A stretch of 64,000 nucleotides of DNA from the human T2T-CHM13v2.0 reference genome, Homo sapiens, in assembly GCF_009914755.1 (NCBI RefSeq), contig NC_060930.1. One strand, 5' to 3'. Each line of letters opens with the position of its first letter. Positions within the stretch are counted from its first letter, which is position 1. The notes beneath the pieces are model-generated. The model made no database searches and had not been told where the DNA came from. It saw only the letters and a list, made by a program, of their open reading frames with translations. Below are positions 42,801 to 58,387 of this stretch, piece after piece. Position numbers and translations under genes: made by a program.

Positions 42801-43669
42801 TTAAAAGCACAGGTGCCCAGTGGGATAGGAGGGAAAGAACATGCCCATTAATACCTCATATAGCATCGTGACACAAATGCAGAAAGCCAGGCACAGAGAG
42901 ACTGAGACAATTCCTTTAGGTGATACAGCTGGTAGTTTTCAGAGTGGGAATCTAATGGAGCCCCAAAGCTCATGTTCTCTTTCAATGTATTTGTAAAGTT
43001 CATAGGCCAGAGCAGCACACTTCACCTGTCCTTTCTACTCCTTCCTCTCATTTCTGTGCCCTGTCCACCTCCCACGATGCCTTCAGACCCATACATTACA
43101 AGTGACCGGGAACTGGTGTAAGTAAAAACTGTTGAATACACATTTCCTTTGGACAGTTGAGATTTCTACTGCATTTCACCCCTATAGAATGATCAACTTT
43201 CTAAACAAACTTCGTTCTTATATGAGTTATAGTGCTATCGGTAGAGACCTGAGTTGATATTTCTTACTCCTTGTCATGCTTTCTAATCGCATGACCAGGC
43301 AAGCCTTGGGACAGGACTGTGAGTTTCTAGTCTTGTCTGAAAACATGACTGTCTCATGTTAATGTTAATGTCAACACCAATGTTAATGTTAAAGCAACAA
43401 AATACATTAAGTAAGGTATTTTTAAACAGAATTTCATTGATTCAATCAAACACTTGCACAGCGTTTTGCATCTGGAGTGGCCATAGAGACAAAGGAGAGG
43501 GTGAAGGTGGCTGTTTTAATAAGCTTTAAAGAAGTTAAGAAAGTTCACCATCTTAAATGACAAGGAAAAGACAAAGAAAAGACAAAATAGAAAAATCTTC
43601 ATTTTTATAATATGTTAACTTCAATAATAGTCTTCTTTGGCTAAACCATTATTAGGGGGATAACACAAA

Positions 43670-43970
43670 CTTGCCTGACTAATTCCTTTACTCTTAAGAC
43701 ACAGCTGAGGCAAGCATTTTGAAAGAAACATTTCTGTACTTCTCACCAGCCTGAGTTAGGAGGCTTCCCTCAGTGCTCACAGACGCACTGGGCTTACCCT
43801 TTATGCACAGCGCTTACCACGAGGCGCTGCTTTATAAAAAACCTGTTTATCCCTCCTTCTCACCAGATCATGAACTCCCTGGTAAGGAAGGAGCATGTCC
43901 TTAACCCATACCCTTAGCATCTAGCACAGTCCCTGGCATATAGATGTTCAATAACTATTTTGGAATGAAT
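43670..43970. mobile_element. L2 3' fragment
   Basis: gcatctagcacagtccctggcatatagatgttcaataactattttggaatgaat. Confidence 0.7.
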
Positions 43971-44869
43971 ACCAATATTTTATTATTATAAATAATGATT
44001 GAAAAATTAAAAGGGTAGCAACTTAAAATGTTATAAATCAGAAAAATGAGTCAGAGTGTAGATGAAGGTTAGATGACTCAAGCTGGGAAGTCATTAACTA
44101 TTTTTAGCTCGTTTTAGCAGCAGGGAGTCAACCCTAACCTGGTGTTTAATTTCCAGGGTATAGAAGACCAGAACAACGGAATAGACTTTAAAAGTGATTT
44201 AATCACTGATTCTTCACTTCATGCATCCCTGGTCACTATTACCAAAAGTCATTTAAAAGCCTTATGCTTAGTGTTCTACATAGTAATTTTAATGGCAATG
44301 ATTACAAATCAGTGAGATCTTCAACATAACAAAAACCACACTGAGGTGCTCGTACATGTGCCAGGAAACCATGAGTAGTATTCCTTCTTTCAAGAAAAAA
44401 ATGTAAGACTCCATTTATGTTTATTAGTCTATACTGTGCAAACTTGGGCATGGATAAAATATAACCTACTGGTTAGTTAATTGTTTATTCAATAAATCTT
44501 TTTGAGCTATGAAATTTTTATAAGACTTTTTGTCAGGAATTATGGGAGGTTTAACATAATATCCACACTCAAACCTGACAGACTTTACCATCTATTTTAA
44601 GAAAGGAAGAGGAAACAAAAACCCAAGTGGCAAACTATTCAAGACCAAATGTAAATAAGTACCACATTGTATTTTACAGATGAAGATCGTGTAGATGTTG
44701 AGAAAAAGGGGAGATCTGTAACATCCAAAGCCAGAGGAGTAGAGATGGGAGCTGATATTTCTTACTCCTTGTCATGCTTTCTAATCTCATTACCAGGAAA
44801 GCCTTGGAACAGGGCTGTGAATTTCTAGTCCTGTCTGAAAACATGACTGTCTCATCAACCTGCAAGTAC

Positions 44870-45312
44870 AACCTACAGGGACTCATGGATAGAGACCCCA
44901 GAAGATTCAAGTTTCCTGCTGAGGAAAAGCAAGGCAGCTCTGCCTTCTTGTTTCATCTCTCCAGTCTATAAACAAACCTTTTTTTTTTGGTGATTTTTCT
45001 GGGCCCCCCAGGATAGCATTGAAGTACTGTCTAGTGTTCCTAGGTGCAAGAAGGTTGTGATGTGCCTTAGAGAGAAAATATATATGTTAAATAAGCTTAA
45101 TAAACTTGATTCTGGTATGAGTTTTAGTGCTGTTGGCTGTTAGCTCAATGTTAATGAAACAACAATATACATGATATACATGAAATAAGGTGTCTTTAAA
45201 CTAAAATATATAAAGAAACAAAATTGTGTATTGATCAGTTGACAAAAATGTTAGAACCACGGCTTGTGGAAACCTACCTTCGTATCTCCACTAAGAGTGA
45301 TGGCTCAGTATT
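44870..45312 (+). mobile_element. MER44/Tigger7-like DNA transposon remnant
   Basis: gaagtactgtctagtgttcctaggtgcaagaaggttgtgatgtgcctt...gagaaaata...aaataaggtgtctttaaac...gtattgatcagttgac. Confidence 0.75.
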
Positions 45313-45361
45313 GTAAAACCATGTTCTCTTCCTCTGTCCAGGGCATAGTATCAGACCTTTA

Positions 45362-48026
<2,665 letters not shown>

Positions 48027-48029
48027 TAT

Positions 48030-49400
48030 AGCGCCGGGAGTGGGTGCCTTCCGCCGGCTGTACAGAGCGCCGGCAGGTGGCGCCCAGCGGCGAGCTTGTT
48101 CCAGCTTGGTTTGGGCCAGGTGGACTGGAAGGGGCGGAGGTAACCAGAAGCGGCTAGTGGCGGCTGCCTGCGTCCCCAACCCCCTCCGCGCAGCGCTCGC
48201 GACACGCGTGCCAGGAGTGGGAGCGAGCGGCGGGGCCAGCTGCGTTCTGAGCCTGGGCGCAGCTGCCATCTGCTCTGGGAAGCACCAGGGTGTCCCCGCC
48301 GCCCTCAGCTCGAAGTCAGCCACCATGGAGGCGCAGGCACAAGGTGAGTGGTCGCCGATCGCCCCAAGAGTCAGGTCCTGGGGCGCGCATAAAGGCTCTT
48401 TTCCTGCACCACCTAACTTCGCTCTCGGACAGAACAGATTGGTGCCGTGTTGCACATCCAGAACTCCACTCCCACCCGCGCCTTTGGTATAATGCCTGCT
48501 GCCCAAACTCAGGATTTGCTGTGGGTCTGGGGATCAATAAAGTGACAGGGGATCCGTAAGTGGAGAGGCCCCTCCTCAGGAAATGCGCCCGTGGAATGCT
48601 CTACCCTCTTCCGCAGCCAGTCGCCCCTGGCCTTCCCAACCTCGCGGCTGCCCGAAGGACCTGTTGTGCCGGGTCCGGAAAGCGTGTTTCGCTCCCTTTC
48701 CCTTGAGGGAGTGGGGAGGGAATGTGACTCTTTTCGCCCAGGGCCGTGGACTCGCGGCTTGTGGCTCCCAAGTTAGGGAGTGAGGGGATCGCCCGCCGAG
48801 GGGGTGGCTCCGCAGCCCGGCTGCGCGAGACGCTTCCCGCTCGGGGACCCGCCTTCCGAGGCCAGGTGAACTTTACCGGCCCCCTGACCTCCAGCAGATC
48901 CACACGTGAGTCCCGGTTTCCCGCGATCGGGGAGCGACCTCTGCCTCCCGTGGCGCGCGGGGCCCCCGGCCGCCCAGCTCCCTGCTCCCGGGGCTGCCTG
49001 CTGGAGGAGCCTGCGGTGGCTTCAGGAAGGGCGGCCTCATATCTTGGGGTCACACTTGGAACAGGGTTGGGGAATTCCGATGGAATCGTTCAAGAATGGG
49101 GGTAAACGGACCGTGGAAAGGGGCAGAGGTGGGCGGATGTGGAGCGAGAGACAAGTGGGAAGGAAACGGACTCAGTGATCTACCTTGGGGAGCAACGCCC
49201 AGAAGGGATGGCTTGCGGAGTTCAGCCTTTAAGGCAATCAAAGCCACCATTCTTTTACACAGTAGGAAACTCTGTGTTGGCTCTTAGTATAAATAAAATC
49301 TCATTAAAAAGAAAAAAAAAAAGGTTCATGACCTGATGCGCTCGCCCTCTAGGGGCAGAACGCCCTGAATGAGAGTGGGTTGGCGATTGCGTGGGCCTGG
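48030..49400 (+). promoter_or_regulatory. TPD52L1: CpG-island promoter of TPD52L1
   Basis: Abrupt switch to very GC- and CpG-rich non-repeat sequence; GC box GGGGCGGAG at ~48131; contains the start exon. The TSS cannot be fixed from sequence (probably ~48100-48200). Confidence 0.9.
48325..48343 (+). CDS. TPD52L1: Tumor protein D52-like 1 (D53), coding part of exon 1 (MEAQAQ + G, phase 1)
   Basis: Perfect Kozak GCCACCATGG; 19 coding nt, then consensus donor AAG|GTGAGT at 48344; MEAQAQG matches the recalled D53 N-terminus (MEAQAQGLLETE...). Confidence 0.9.
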
Positions 49401-50263
49401 AGTCGCCCAACAGGTTTGCTGCCAGGATTACAATTGTCTGAACAGCACGAACCTTACTCGTTTGTTCCATCCTTCTAAGTCCTGCCCGTAAAGCTGCCGC
49501 TTCCCATATTTTTTCCTCTATTATGTAGATAGGAAATGATAATTCAACCAAGGGTGAGGGCAGTTGGTCAAATTCAAAAGCAGAGGTCAGGTTGGAGGCC
49601 TTCACACCAGAACTGAAGCTGGTGGGAGCAGCACCGGAGCTTTCCAACCTGACTTGCATATTAGAATTATTTAGAGAGTCTTCATTACTGGCCTTGGCCA
49701 ACCCCATCCCAGTCAAACTGGAATCTTTGGAACCTGAACATGGGTATATTTGAAAGCTTATATTAGTGAGGATGGAGAAGAACTATAGCAGATAGGAAAC
49801 ATTCATACAACTTCTGAAGACATCCGAAACTACAGACTGGTAATCACTGGTGTCACTGGTTTGCTTTATTGCTTTGCTTTACTTCCAAGATTTACTTAAC
49901 AAATATTTCAGTGCTTTCCTTTGCCAAGCACTGTGCTAAGAAGAGCAAAGACAGACTTGGTATCTGCTTCATAAAATTTACAGTAGAGGAAGAGACAAAT
50001 ATTAATTTGATAGCTATTTGAAAAATAACATGTAAAATCATTGCCATGCTGATGCTAAGAAAGGGCCTCATAGTGCAGCGAGAGCCTGAAAAACTATAAC
50101 CCTAGTATGCAATAATCAGAAGAGCAGATTGTTTATTGTGTCCCTGTCTCTGTTCTTCGTGCTTTGCATGTATTGATGGACTCATTTCCTGTGCGCAGCA
50201 GTCCCATGAGGTAGTTCATATTCTCATTCCCATTCTACAGAGAGGAAACAAGCATGGAAGGTA

Positions 50264-50310
50264 TTAGGTTGGTGCAAAAGTAATTGCAATTTTTGCAATT
50301 ACTTTTTAAT
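50264..50310 (+). mobile_element. Partial MADE1 (Hsmar1-derived MITE) inside a MIR
   Basis: TA-TTAGGTTGGTGCAAAAGTAATTGC is the mariner TIR; the right TIR is incomplete. Confidence 0.82.
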
Positions 50311-50555
50311 AAGTTCCTTGTTTACAGCCAGATAGGTAAAAAGTAGCAAAGTGGATGCTGTGAGGGACCCATTCTCACTCAAAGCCTATGACTTTTGGAG
50401 GAAAGGTAAAACTTCAGTCCCCACCTGAATCTCCAGCTGTCCTGTGGTGCTCTTCCTTTCCCCTCATGACTGGATGGAAACTTTAGGTGTAAAGAGGACT
50501 AGTAAAAAGGCAAATGGATATGAGAAAAGTGAACAGATTTAATAAATACTTAAGA

Positions 50556-51178
50556 GGCCAGGTGCAGTGGCTTACACTTGTAATCCCAGCACTTCGGGAG
50601 GCCAAGGTAGGAGGATCACTTAGAGCCCAGGAGTTCGAGACCAGCCTGGACAACATAGAGAGACCTCATCTCTACAAAAAATAAACAGAATTAGCTGAGT
50701 GTGGTGGCATGTGCCTGTAGGCCTAGCTACTTGGAAGGCTGGAGTGGGAGGATTGCTTGAGGTCAGAAGTTTGTGGCTACAGTGAGCCAAAATCCCAGCA
50801 TTGCACTCTAGTCTGGACAAGAGTGAGACCTTGTCTCAAAAAAAAAAAAAAAAAGAGAGATACAAAAAAGGCCAGCCACACCTGTAATTCCAGCACTTTG
50901 GGAGGCTGGAGGAGACAGATTTTTTGAGCCCAGGAGTTTGAGATCAGCCTGGGCAACATGGTGAAACGCTGTCTCCACAAAAAATACAAAAATTAGCTGG
51001 GTGTGGTGGTGCTTGCCTGTATCCCAGCTATTTGGGAGGTTGAGGTGGGAGGATCACCTGAGCCCAGCAGGTGGAGGCAGCCGTGAGCTGTGATTACATC
51101 ACTGCACCCCAGCTTGGGCGAGAGGGCAAGACTCTGTCTCAAAAACAGATAAACAAAAAGAGAATAACAACAAAAAAA
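50556..51178 (+). mobile_element. Two tandem Alus (AluJ-like); the second is inserted in the A tail of the first
   Basis: Alu 50556-50853 and Alu ~50870-51160; outer TSD aaatacttaaga / aaaaacttaaga. Confidence 0.9.
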
Positions 51179-52161
51179 CTTAAGAAAAGTCAAAATTGGA
51201 TTGAATGTGAAGGAGGGCAGTGTCAAGGATGACCAGCTTCCTACTTGTACAATCAAATGGAGGATAATTACCTCTTAAATCTTTATTTGCCTAGCATTTT
51301 AAGATTTTCATTTTCAGACTTTTTGTTATTTATAAAGCAGAGATATTGAGTTATTTAAGAAAAAACTTCTCACAAACTGTTTATAGCATATATTAAAGGG
51401 AAATCTTTTTTCCACTTGCACATTTTTTCTGGCTAAATGAATGATTTGCCTCTTAGATTCTAGATAAGACAGTTCTGTGATTTTTAAAGTGTAAGTTTCC
51501 ACCTTCAGCACAGTTTATTTTAGAATTACCTAGAGTGGAGATGGCTTGTCTTTCTGCCTGCTAATCTAGAGACAGGTAAAGATAAGTGAGATTAAGCAGG
51601 CAGTTGCTGATGAGTTGTACCTCATATTGTCCAGGAAGACACCAAGGTGTTATGGACATGATTCGCCCATATAGCTCAGTAAGTGCAGCAACTTACTGCA
51701 CTAGAAACTTTCCCATAAGTGAAATTATGCAAATATGTTCTTTGACTTTGTAAAATAATAGATTACTTCCAGCAAAACAAGAGGACTCTCAGGGGAGGTG
51801 GTAGGACACTAAACAGGAAGTGGGATTATGGGTGGAGCTGTTCACTGAGGAGGGCTGGAGAACAACGTGGAGAGAGATGTCCACAGGAGAATGGCATTCC
51901 TATTTGCTTTCCTCTGGTACCAGATAATTTTGCTTTAAGACAACTGATATGTTAGAGAGGGAATTGGGTTGGAAATGTAGCATTTTCCCGAAACATACAG
52001 TAGTCCTTTAAAATAAAAACTTCCTGATCCTTTTAAACTACCCTTCAATATTTTATTATTCTAAATGGAAATAACTTTGTTGTTTTCACCTTTCCCAACG
52101 TCTTTAATGTTACAAGGAAAACTGTCTCCTTTTAACATTTGCATATATTCAAATTAATAAC

Positions 52162-52616
52162 TATGTTAGTTTCTCATGGCCATTGTAAAAATTACCACAA
52201 ACTTCGTGGCCTAAAACAATTAACATGTGCTGTCTCATTGTTTGGCGGTTAGAATTCCAAAGGCACTATCACTAGGCTGAAATCAAGGTGTCGGCAGCGC
52301 TGTCCTTCCTCTGGAGGCTCTAAGAAAGAAATCGTCTTTCCCTCTTTCAGTTCCTGGTGGCTGCCGACATTCTCGGGCTGCATCACTCCAATCTGTCTGT
52401 CTCCGTGGTTATGCTGCTTTCTGTTCTGTTCGCGTCAAACCTCCCTCTGCCTCTCTCTTATAAGGACACTTGTGATTTCATTTAGCACCTACCTAGATAA
52501 TCCAGGATAATCTCTCTCTCTCTCAAGACCTTTAACTTAATCACACCTGCAAAAGGTAACATTTCCAGGTTCCAGGAATTAGGATATATTTAGGGGCCAT
52601 CATTCAGTTTACTATA
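52162..52616 (-). mobile_element. MaLR solo LTR (MLT1C/D-like)
   Basis: aaattaccacaaacttcgtggcctaaaacaa...gaaatcaaggtgtcggcag...ataatccaggataatctc; TSD ATAAC (52157-52161 / 52617-52621). Confidence 0.87.
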
Positions 52617-52727
52617 ATAACTATTTTTTATATCCACTCAAGAAGAGTCTCAGATGTCCATGAATGAAATAAAGCAATAAATATCAGATTAACCCTACTG
52701 TTTGCAAAGTCCTTTAAATGAAAATGT

Positions 52728-52819
52728 CATTATATTTTACATTATACTTTATACTTACATTATAAGTATACATTATACATTATACTTTACATTATACTTT
52801 ATACCTTACATTATACTTT
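52728..52819. repeat. Degenerate AT-rich tandem repeat (CATTATACTTTA-like unit)
   Basis: About 7 imperfect copies, seen directly. Confidence 0.8.
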
Positions 52820-53119
52820 GCTCACAGAACATTTATATAATTTTATCTTGTTTCAGGAAGTACATAAGGCAGTTTATATGGATACTTGAAATGCAACAAG
52901 ATAATGTAAATTAAAAATAGATGAAAGAAAATAAATGATAAGAAGAGAAAAGGAAGCAAGGGATGAAGCTCTAGAAAAATGAATATAATCACATTACTTT
53001 TATTGATATTGCATGGAAGATAAATTCTTACTTTATAAAGGAAGTATGGCATTTTGTTATAAAATGATAAAAGAACCATTCTTCCTTCTGTCAAACAGCA
53101 GCAGGTCCAGTCTCTTATA

Positions 53120-56100
53120 CAGGCATACCTTGGAGATAGTGTGGGTTCAGTTCCAGATCACCCCAAAGAAGTGAATATTGGAATACAGCGAGTCACACAC
53201 GTTTTTTGGTTTTCTAGTGCATATAAAAGTTATGTTTATACTATACTGTAGTTTGTTAAATGTGCAATAGCATGCTATCTAAGAAAAGGTACATACCTTT
53301 ATGTAAAAGATACTTTTTGCTAAAAATTGCTAACGATCATTTGTGCCTTCACTGAGTGGTAAGTGTTTTACTGGTGGAGGGTCTTGCCTGGATGTCGATG
53401 GCTGCTGACTGATCCGAATGGTGGTTGCCGAAGGCTGAGGTGGCTGTGGCAATTTATTAAAGTAAGACAACGAGGAAGTTTGTCACATAGATTGACTATT
53501 CCTTTCAAGAAGATTTATATATAGCCTGTAATGCTGTTTGGTAGCATTTTGTCTGCGATAGAACTTCTTTCAATATTGGAATCAATCCTCTCAAGCCCTG
53601 CCACTGCTTTATCGACTAAATTTATATAATTCTAAATCCTTTGTTGTCATTTACACAGTGCTGTGAACATCTTCACTGGGAGTAGATTCCATCTCAAGAA
53701 ACCACTCTTTGCTCATCCATAAGAAGCAACACCTCATTCATTCAAGTTTTAGCATGAGATTAAAATGTCATAAATTTAGTTACATCTTCAGGCTCCACTT
53801 CTGCTTCTTTTGCTGTTTCTACCACATCTGCACTTCATTTCCTCCACTGACATCTTGGACACCTCAAACTCATTCAGGAGGGTTGGAGTCCACATCTTCC
53901 AAACTCCTGTTAATGTTGATATTTTGACCACCTCCCATGAATTACGAATGTTCTTAATGACATCTAGAATGGTGAATCCTTTCCAGAATGTTTTCAATTT
54001 ATTTTGCCTAGTTCCAACAAAAAAATCACTATCTATGGCAGCTGTTTTCTTATGAGATGTATTTCTTAAATAATACGACTTGAAAGTCAAAATTACTCCC
54101 TGATCCACAAGCTGAAGAGTGGATGTTGTGTTAGTAGACGTGTGTTAGCAATGTTAATCTCTTTGTACATCTCCATCAGAACTCTTGGGTGACCACGTAT
54201 GATATTGTTTGGCTGTGTCCCCACCCAAATCTCATCTTGAATTGTAGCTCCCATAATTCCCACATGTCATGGGAGGGAGCCATTGGGAGGTAATTGAATC
54301 ATAGGTGCCGGTCTTTCCCATGCTGTTGTCATGATAGCAAGTCTCACGAGACATGATGGTTTTATAAAGGGGAGTTCCCCTGAGTATGTCCTCTTGCCTG
54401 CCACCATGTGAGATGTGCCTTCCATCATGATTGTGAGGCCTCCCCAGCCATGCGGAACTGTGAGTCCATTAAACCTCTTTTTCTTTACAAATTTCCTAGT
54501 CTCGGGTATGTCTTTATTAGCAGTATAAGAATGGACTAATACAGGTGTGTTATCAACCAGAAGTAATATTCAGAAAGAAATATTTTTTTTCTGAGCAGTA
54601 GTTCTTAATAGTGGACTTAAAATATTCAAGAAACCATATTGTAAACAGTTACCCAGGCTTTGTTATTCTATTTATAGAGCACATTTTCTAAATCTATAGA
54701 TTTAGAATAATTATTTATTTATTTGTATTTGCATTTTCATAGATGAAAGGTCTTGCTCGGTTGCCTAGGCTGAAGTACAGTGGGATCATCATAGCTCACT
54801 GACACCTTGAACTCCTGGGCTCAAGCAATCCTCCTGCCTTGGCCTCACAAAGTGTTGGGATTACAGTCATGAGCCACTGCATCTGGTTACAGTTAGAATA
54901 ATTCATAAGGGCCTTAGAACTTTTTGAATAGTAAGTGAGCATGTAACTTAAAGTCACCAGCTACATTAGCCCCTAACAAGAGAGTCAGCCTGTACTTTGA
55001 AGTTTTGAAGCCAAGCATCGACTCCTCCTCTCTAGCTATAAAAGTCCTAGCTGACATCTTCTTCCAGTGTAAGGCTGTTTCATCTATATGAAAATGTGTT
55101 GTTTAGTTTAGCCACTTTCATCAACTATCTTAGCCAGATCTTCTGGAGAGCTTGCTGCAGCTTTGGCAACAGCCCTTGCTGCTTCACCTTGCACTTTTAT
55201 GTTACAGAGATGACTTTTTTTTTTTTTTTTTTTGAGATGGAGTCTTGCTCTGTCACCCAGGCTGGAGTGCAGTGGCACGATCTTGGCTCACTGCAACCTT
55301 CACCTCCTGGGTTCAAGCAAATTCTCCTGCCTCCGCTTCCTGAATAGCAGGGATTACAGGTGCGTGCCACCACGCCCTGCTAATTTTTGTGTTTTTAGTA
55401 GAGATGGGGTTTCACCATGTTGTCCAGGCTGGTCTGGAACTCCTGACCTAAGGTGATCCACCTGCCTCAGCCTCCCAAAGTGCTGGGATTACAGGCATGA
55501 GCCACCATGCCAGGCCTGAGATGACTTCTTTCCTTAAACCTCATGAACAAATCTCTGCTAGCTTCCAACTTTTGTTGCACAGCTTTCTCATTTCTCTCAG
55601 CCTTCATAAATTGAAGAGACTTAGGACCTTCTCTGGATTAGACTTTCACTTAAAGAAATGTTGTGGCTGGTTTGATCTATCCAGACCACTCAAACTTTCT
55701 CCCTATCAGCAATTAGTCTATTTCACTTTCTTATCATTTGTGTGTTCAGTGGAATAGCATGCTACGTTTCTTTCAAGAACTTTTCCTTCACATTCACAAC
55801 TTGAATCAAGAGGCCTGCTTTTGATCTATCTTGGCTTTCACTGTGCCTTCCTTGCTAAGTTTAATCATTTCTAGCTTTTGACTTAAGGTGAGAGATTTGT
55901 GTCTCTATGTTTCACTTGAATACTTAGAGACTATTATAGGGTTAATTGGCATACTATCAATATTGTTGTGTCTCAGAGAGTGGAGAGGGCCAGGGACAGG
56001 GAGAGAGATAGGGAAATGGGTGGCTGGTGGAGCAGTCAGAACACACACAGGATTTACTGGTTAAGGTCACCATCTTATATGGGCATAGTTCATGGTTCTC

Positions 56101-56344
56101 CAAAACAATTCTGATGGTAACATCAAAGATCACCAATCACAGATCACCATAACCGATTTAATAATAATGGAAAAGTTTGAAATATTGTGAGAGTTACTAA
56201 AATGTGACACAGAGACATGACATGAGCCCATGTTGGAAAAATGGCACCAATAGACTTGCACAACCTGGGGTTGCCACAAACCTTCAATTTGTAAAAATAA
56301 TATCTGTGAGGTACAATAAAGTGAAGTGCAGTGAGGTATGTCTC
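53120..56344 (-). mobile_element. Full-length Tigger1 fossil, antisense; contains a THE1 LTR (54200-54543), an Alu monomer (~54712-54887) and an AluS (~55214-55516)
   Basis: TA-CAGGCATACCTTGGAGATA... and ...GAGGTATGTCTC-TA ends; minus-strand transposase fragment 53788-54108 (DQGVILTFKSYYLRNT...LKTFWKGFTILD). Confidence 0.93.
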
Positions 56345-56944
56345 TAACTATTAAATTATCCAAGGAAAAAATTATTTTGCATTTTATGTTTCATATTTAA
56401 AATTTTGTATTGAAGTTTAGGCAATATAATAATAAACCTCAAACTATGGAAGCAAGCTGTTATATATTTTGATTTATGATTTTTAAGAGTATTATTAAGA
56501 CTATTCATACAATTTTCAAAGTTACCTCCTGTAGTTTTGTTTCCTGTTTAAGTAAAGGTTTTGAAATAGGTGATGATGCATATTTTAGGTGAAGTCAGTC
56601 ATTTGCAACAAATCATATACCACTGTTTTATTTTAAATTATTTTAAAATCTAATTATACAAATGGCAGCTGTTGTAGTAGATGGGAACATATTTTGAATT
56701 GCCTTCCCTGTTATACACCTTATTAATTATCTGGGTAGGCAGAATCTGAGAATTTCTTCAAAAACTTATAAGCAAAGGAGTCCATTTTTGTGGCCTATAA
56801 GAAGATGTGCTACTTAGTAATTTATAGTAAATAATAAACAAATACTTCAGCAGATATTGATTCATTAAATATTTTAATAAATACTTATTGATTACTGCAG
56901 TAATAGCAAATATTTGACAAGCACATACTATTGGGAGGGAAAAG

Positions 56945-57400
56945 GGCATAGTGATTAAGATCCCAGGATGAAGGTAAACTGCCTGGATTTTAATTCTGAC
57001 ATGTTACTTACCATTAATATGACCATGAACAAGTTATTCATTTCACTCAATCTTGGTTTCTACATATGCAAAGTGAAGATAGTAATAGCTCCAATATCAT
57101 AGGATTGTTATGGGGATTTAACATGTTAATACAAGCAAAGTGCTTAAAGCAGGGCCTAGCACATGGTAAGTAGTATATAAATGTTTGCTGTTGCTTTTAT
57201 TAGCATATGCTGAAAACTTTGCATCCATTATTTTATCAAAACCTTATAATAACATCATGAGGTAGATACCTTTACTTTTAACTCATTTTATAAACAGGGA
57301 ACTACGAGTCAGAAAAATTAAATGAAGAAGACAGGATTCAACTCCAAGTTTAATTGAGTCCAGAGAATGAGCTTAACTACTATACTGCACTGTGCCTTAA
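56945..57400. mobile_element. Two MIR fragments in opposite orientation
   Basis: atgaccatgaacaagttatt...aaagtgcttaaagcagggcctagcacatggtaag, then catgaggtagatacc...cattttataaacagggaact. Confidence 0.75.
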
Positions 57401-57676
57401 TGTGTGCTGTGCCACACGTGCAAAGGGGAAGCTAAGATGAACTTGACATGGTGTCATCTTTTCAGGAGGATAGGCAAAAAAGAGTTGAGAGTCGTTCCTG
57501 TGGGTTAACACCTAGAACTAATGAGAGGACATATTTCCATCCCAATGGGATTTTTTGAGTGCTAATGTGCTAATTAGAGCTAATTCACATTGAGGGTGAT
57601 AATAGCAATAACATTTTAGTGTTTTTACAAATGTCAAATACCATGGCATGCACTTTTTTAAAAAGCATGTTATTTA

Positions 57677-58387
<711 letters not shown>

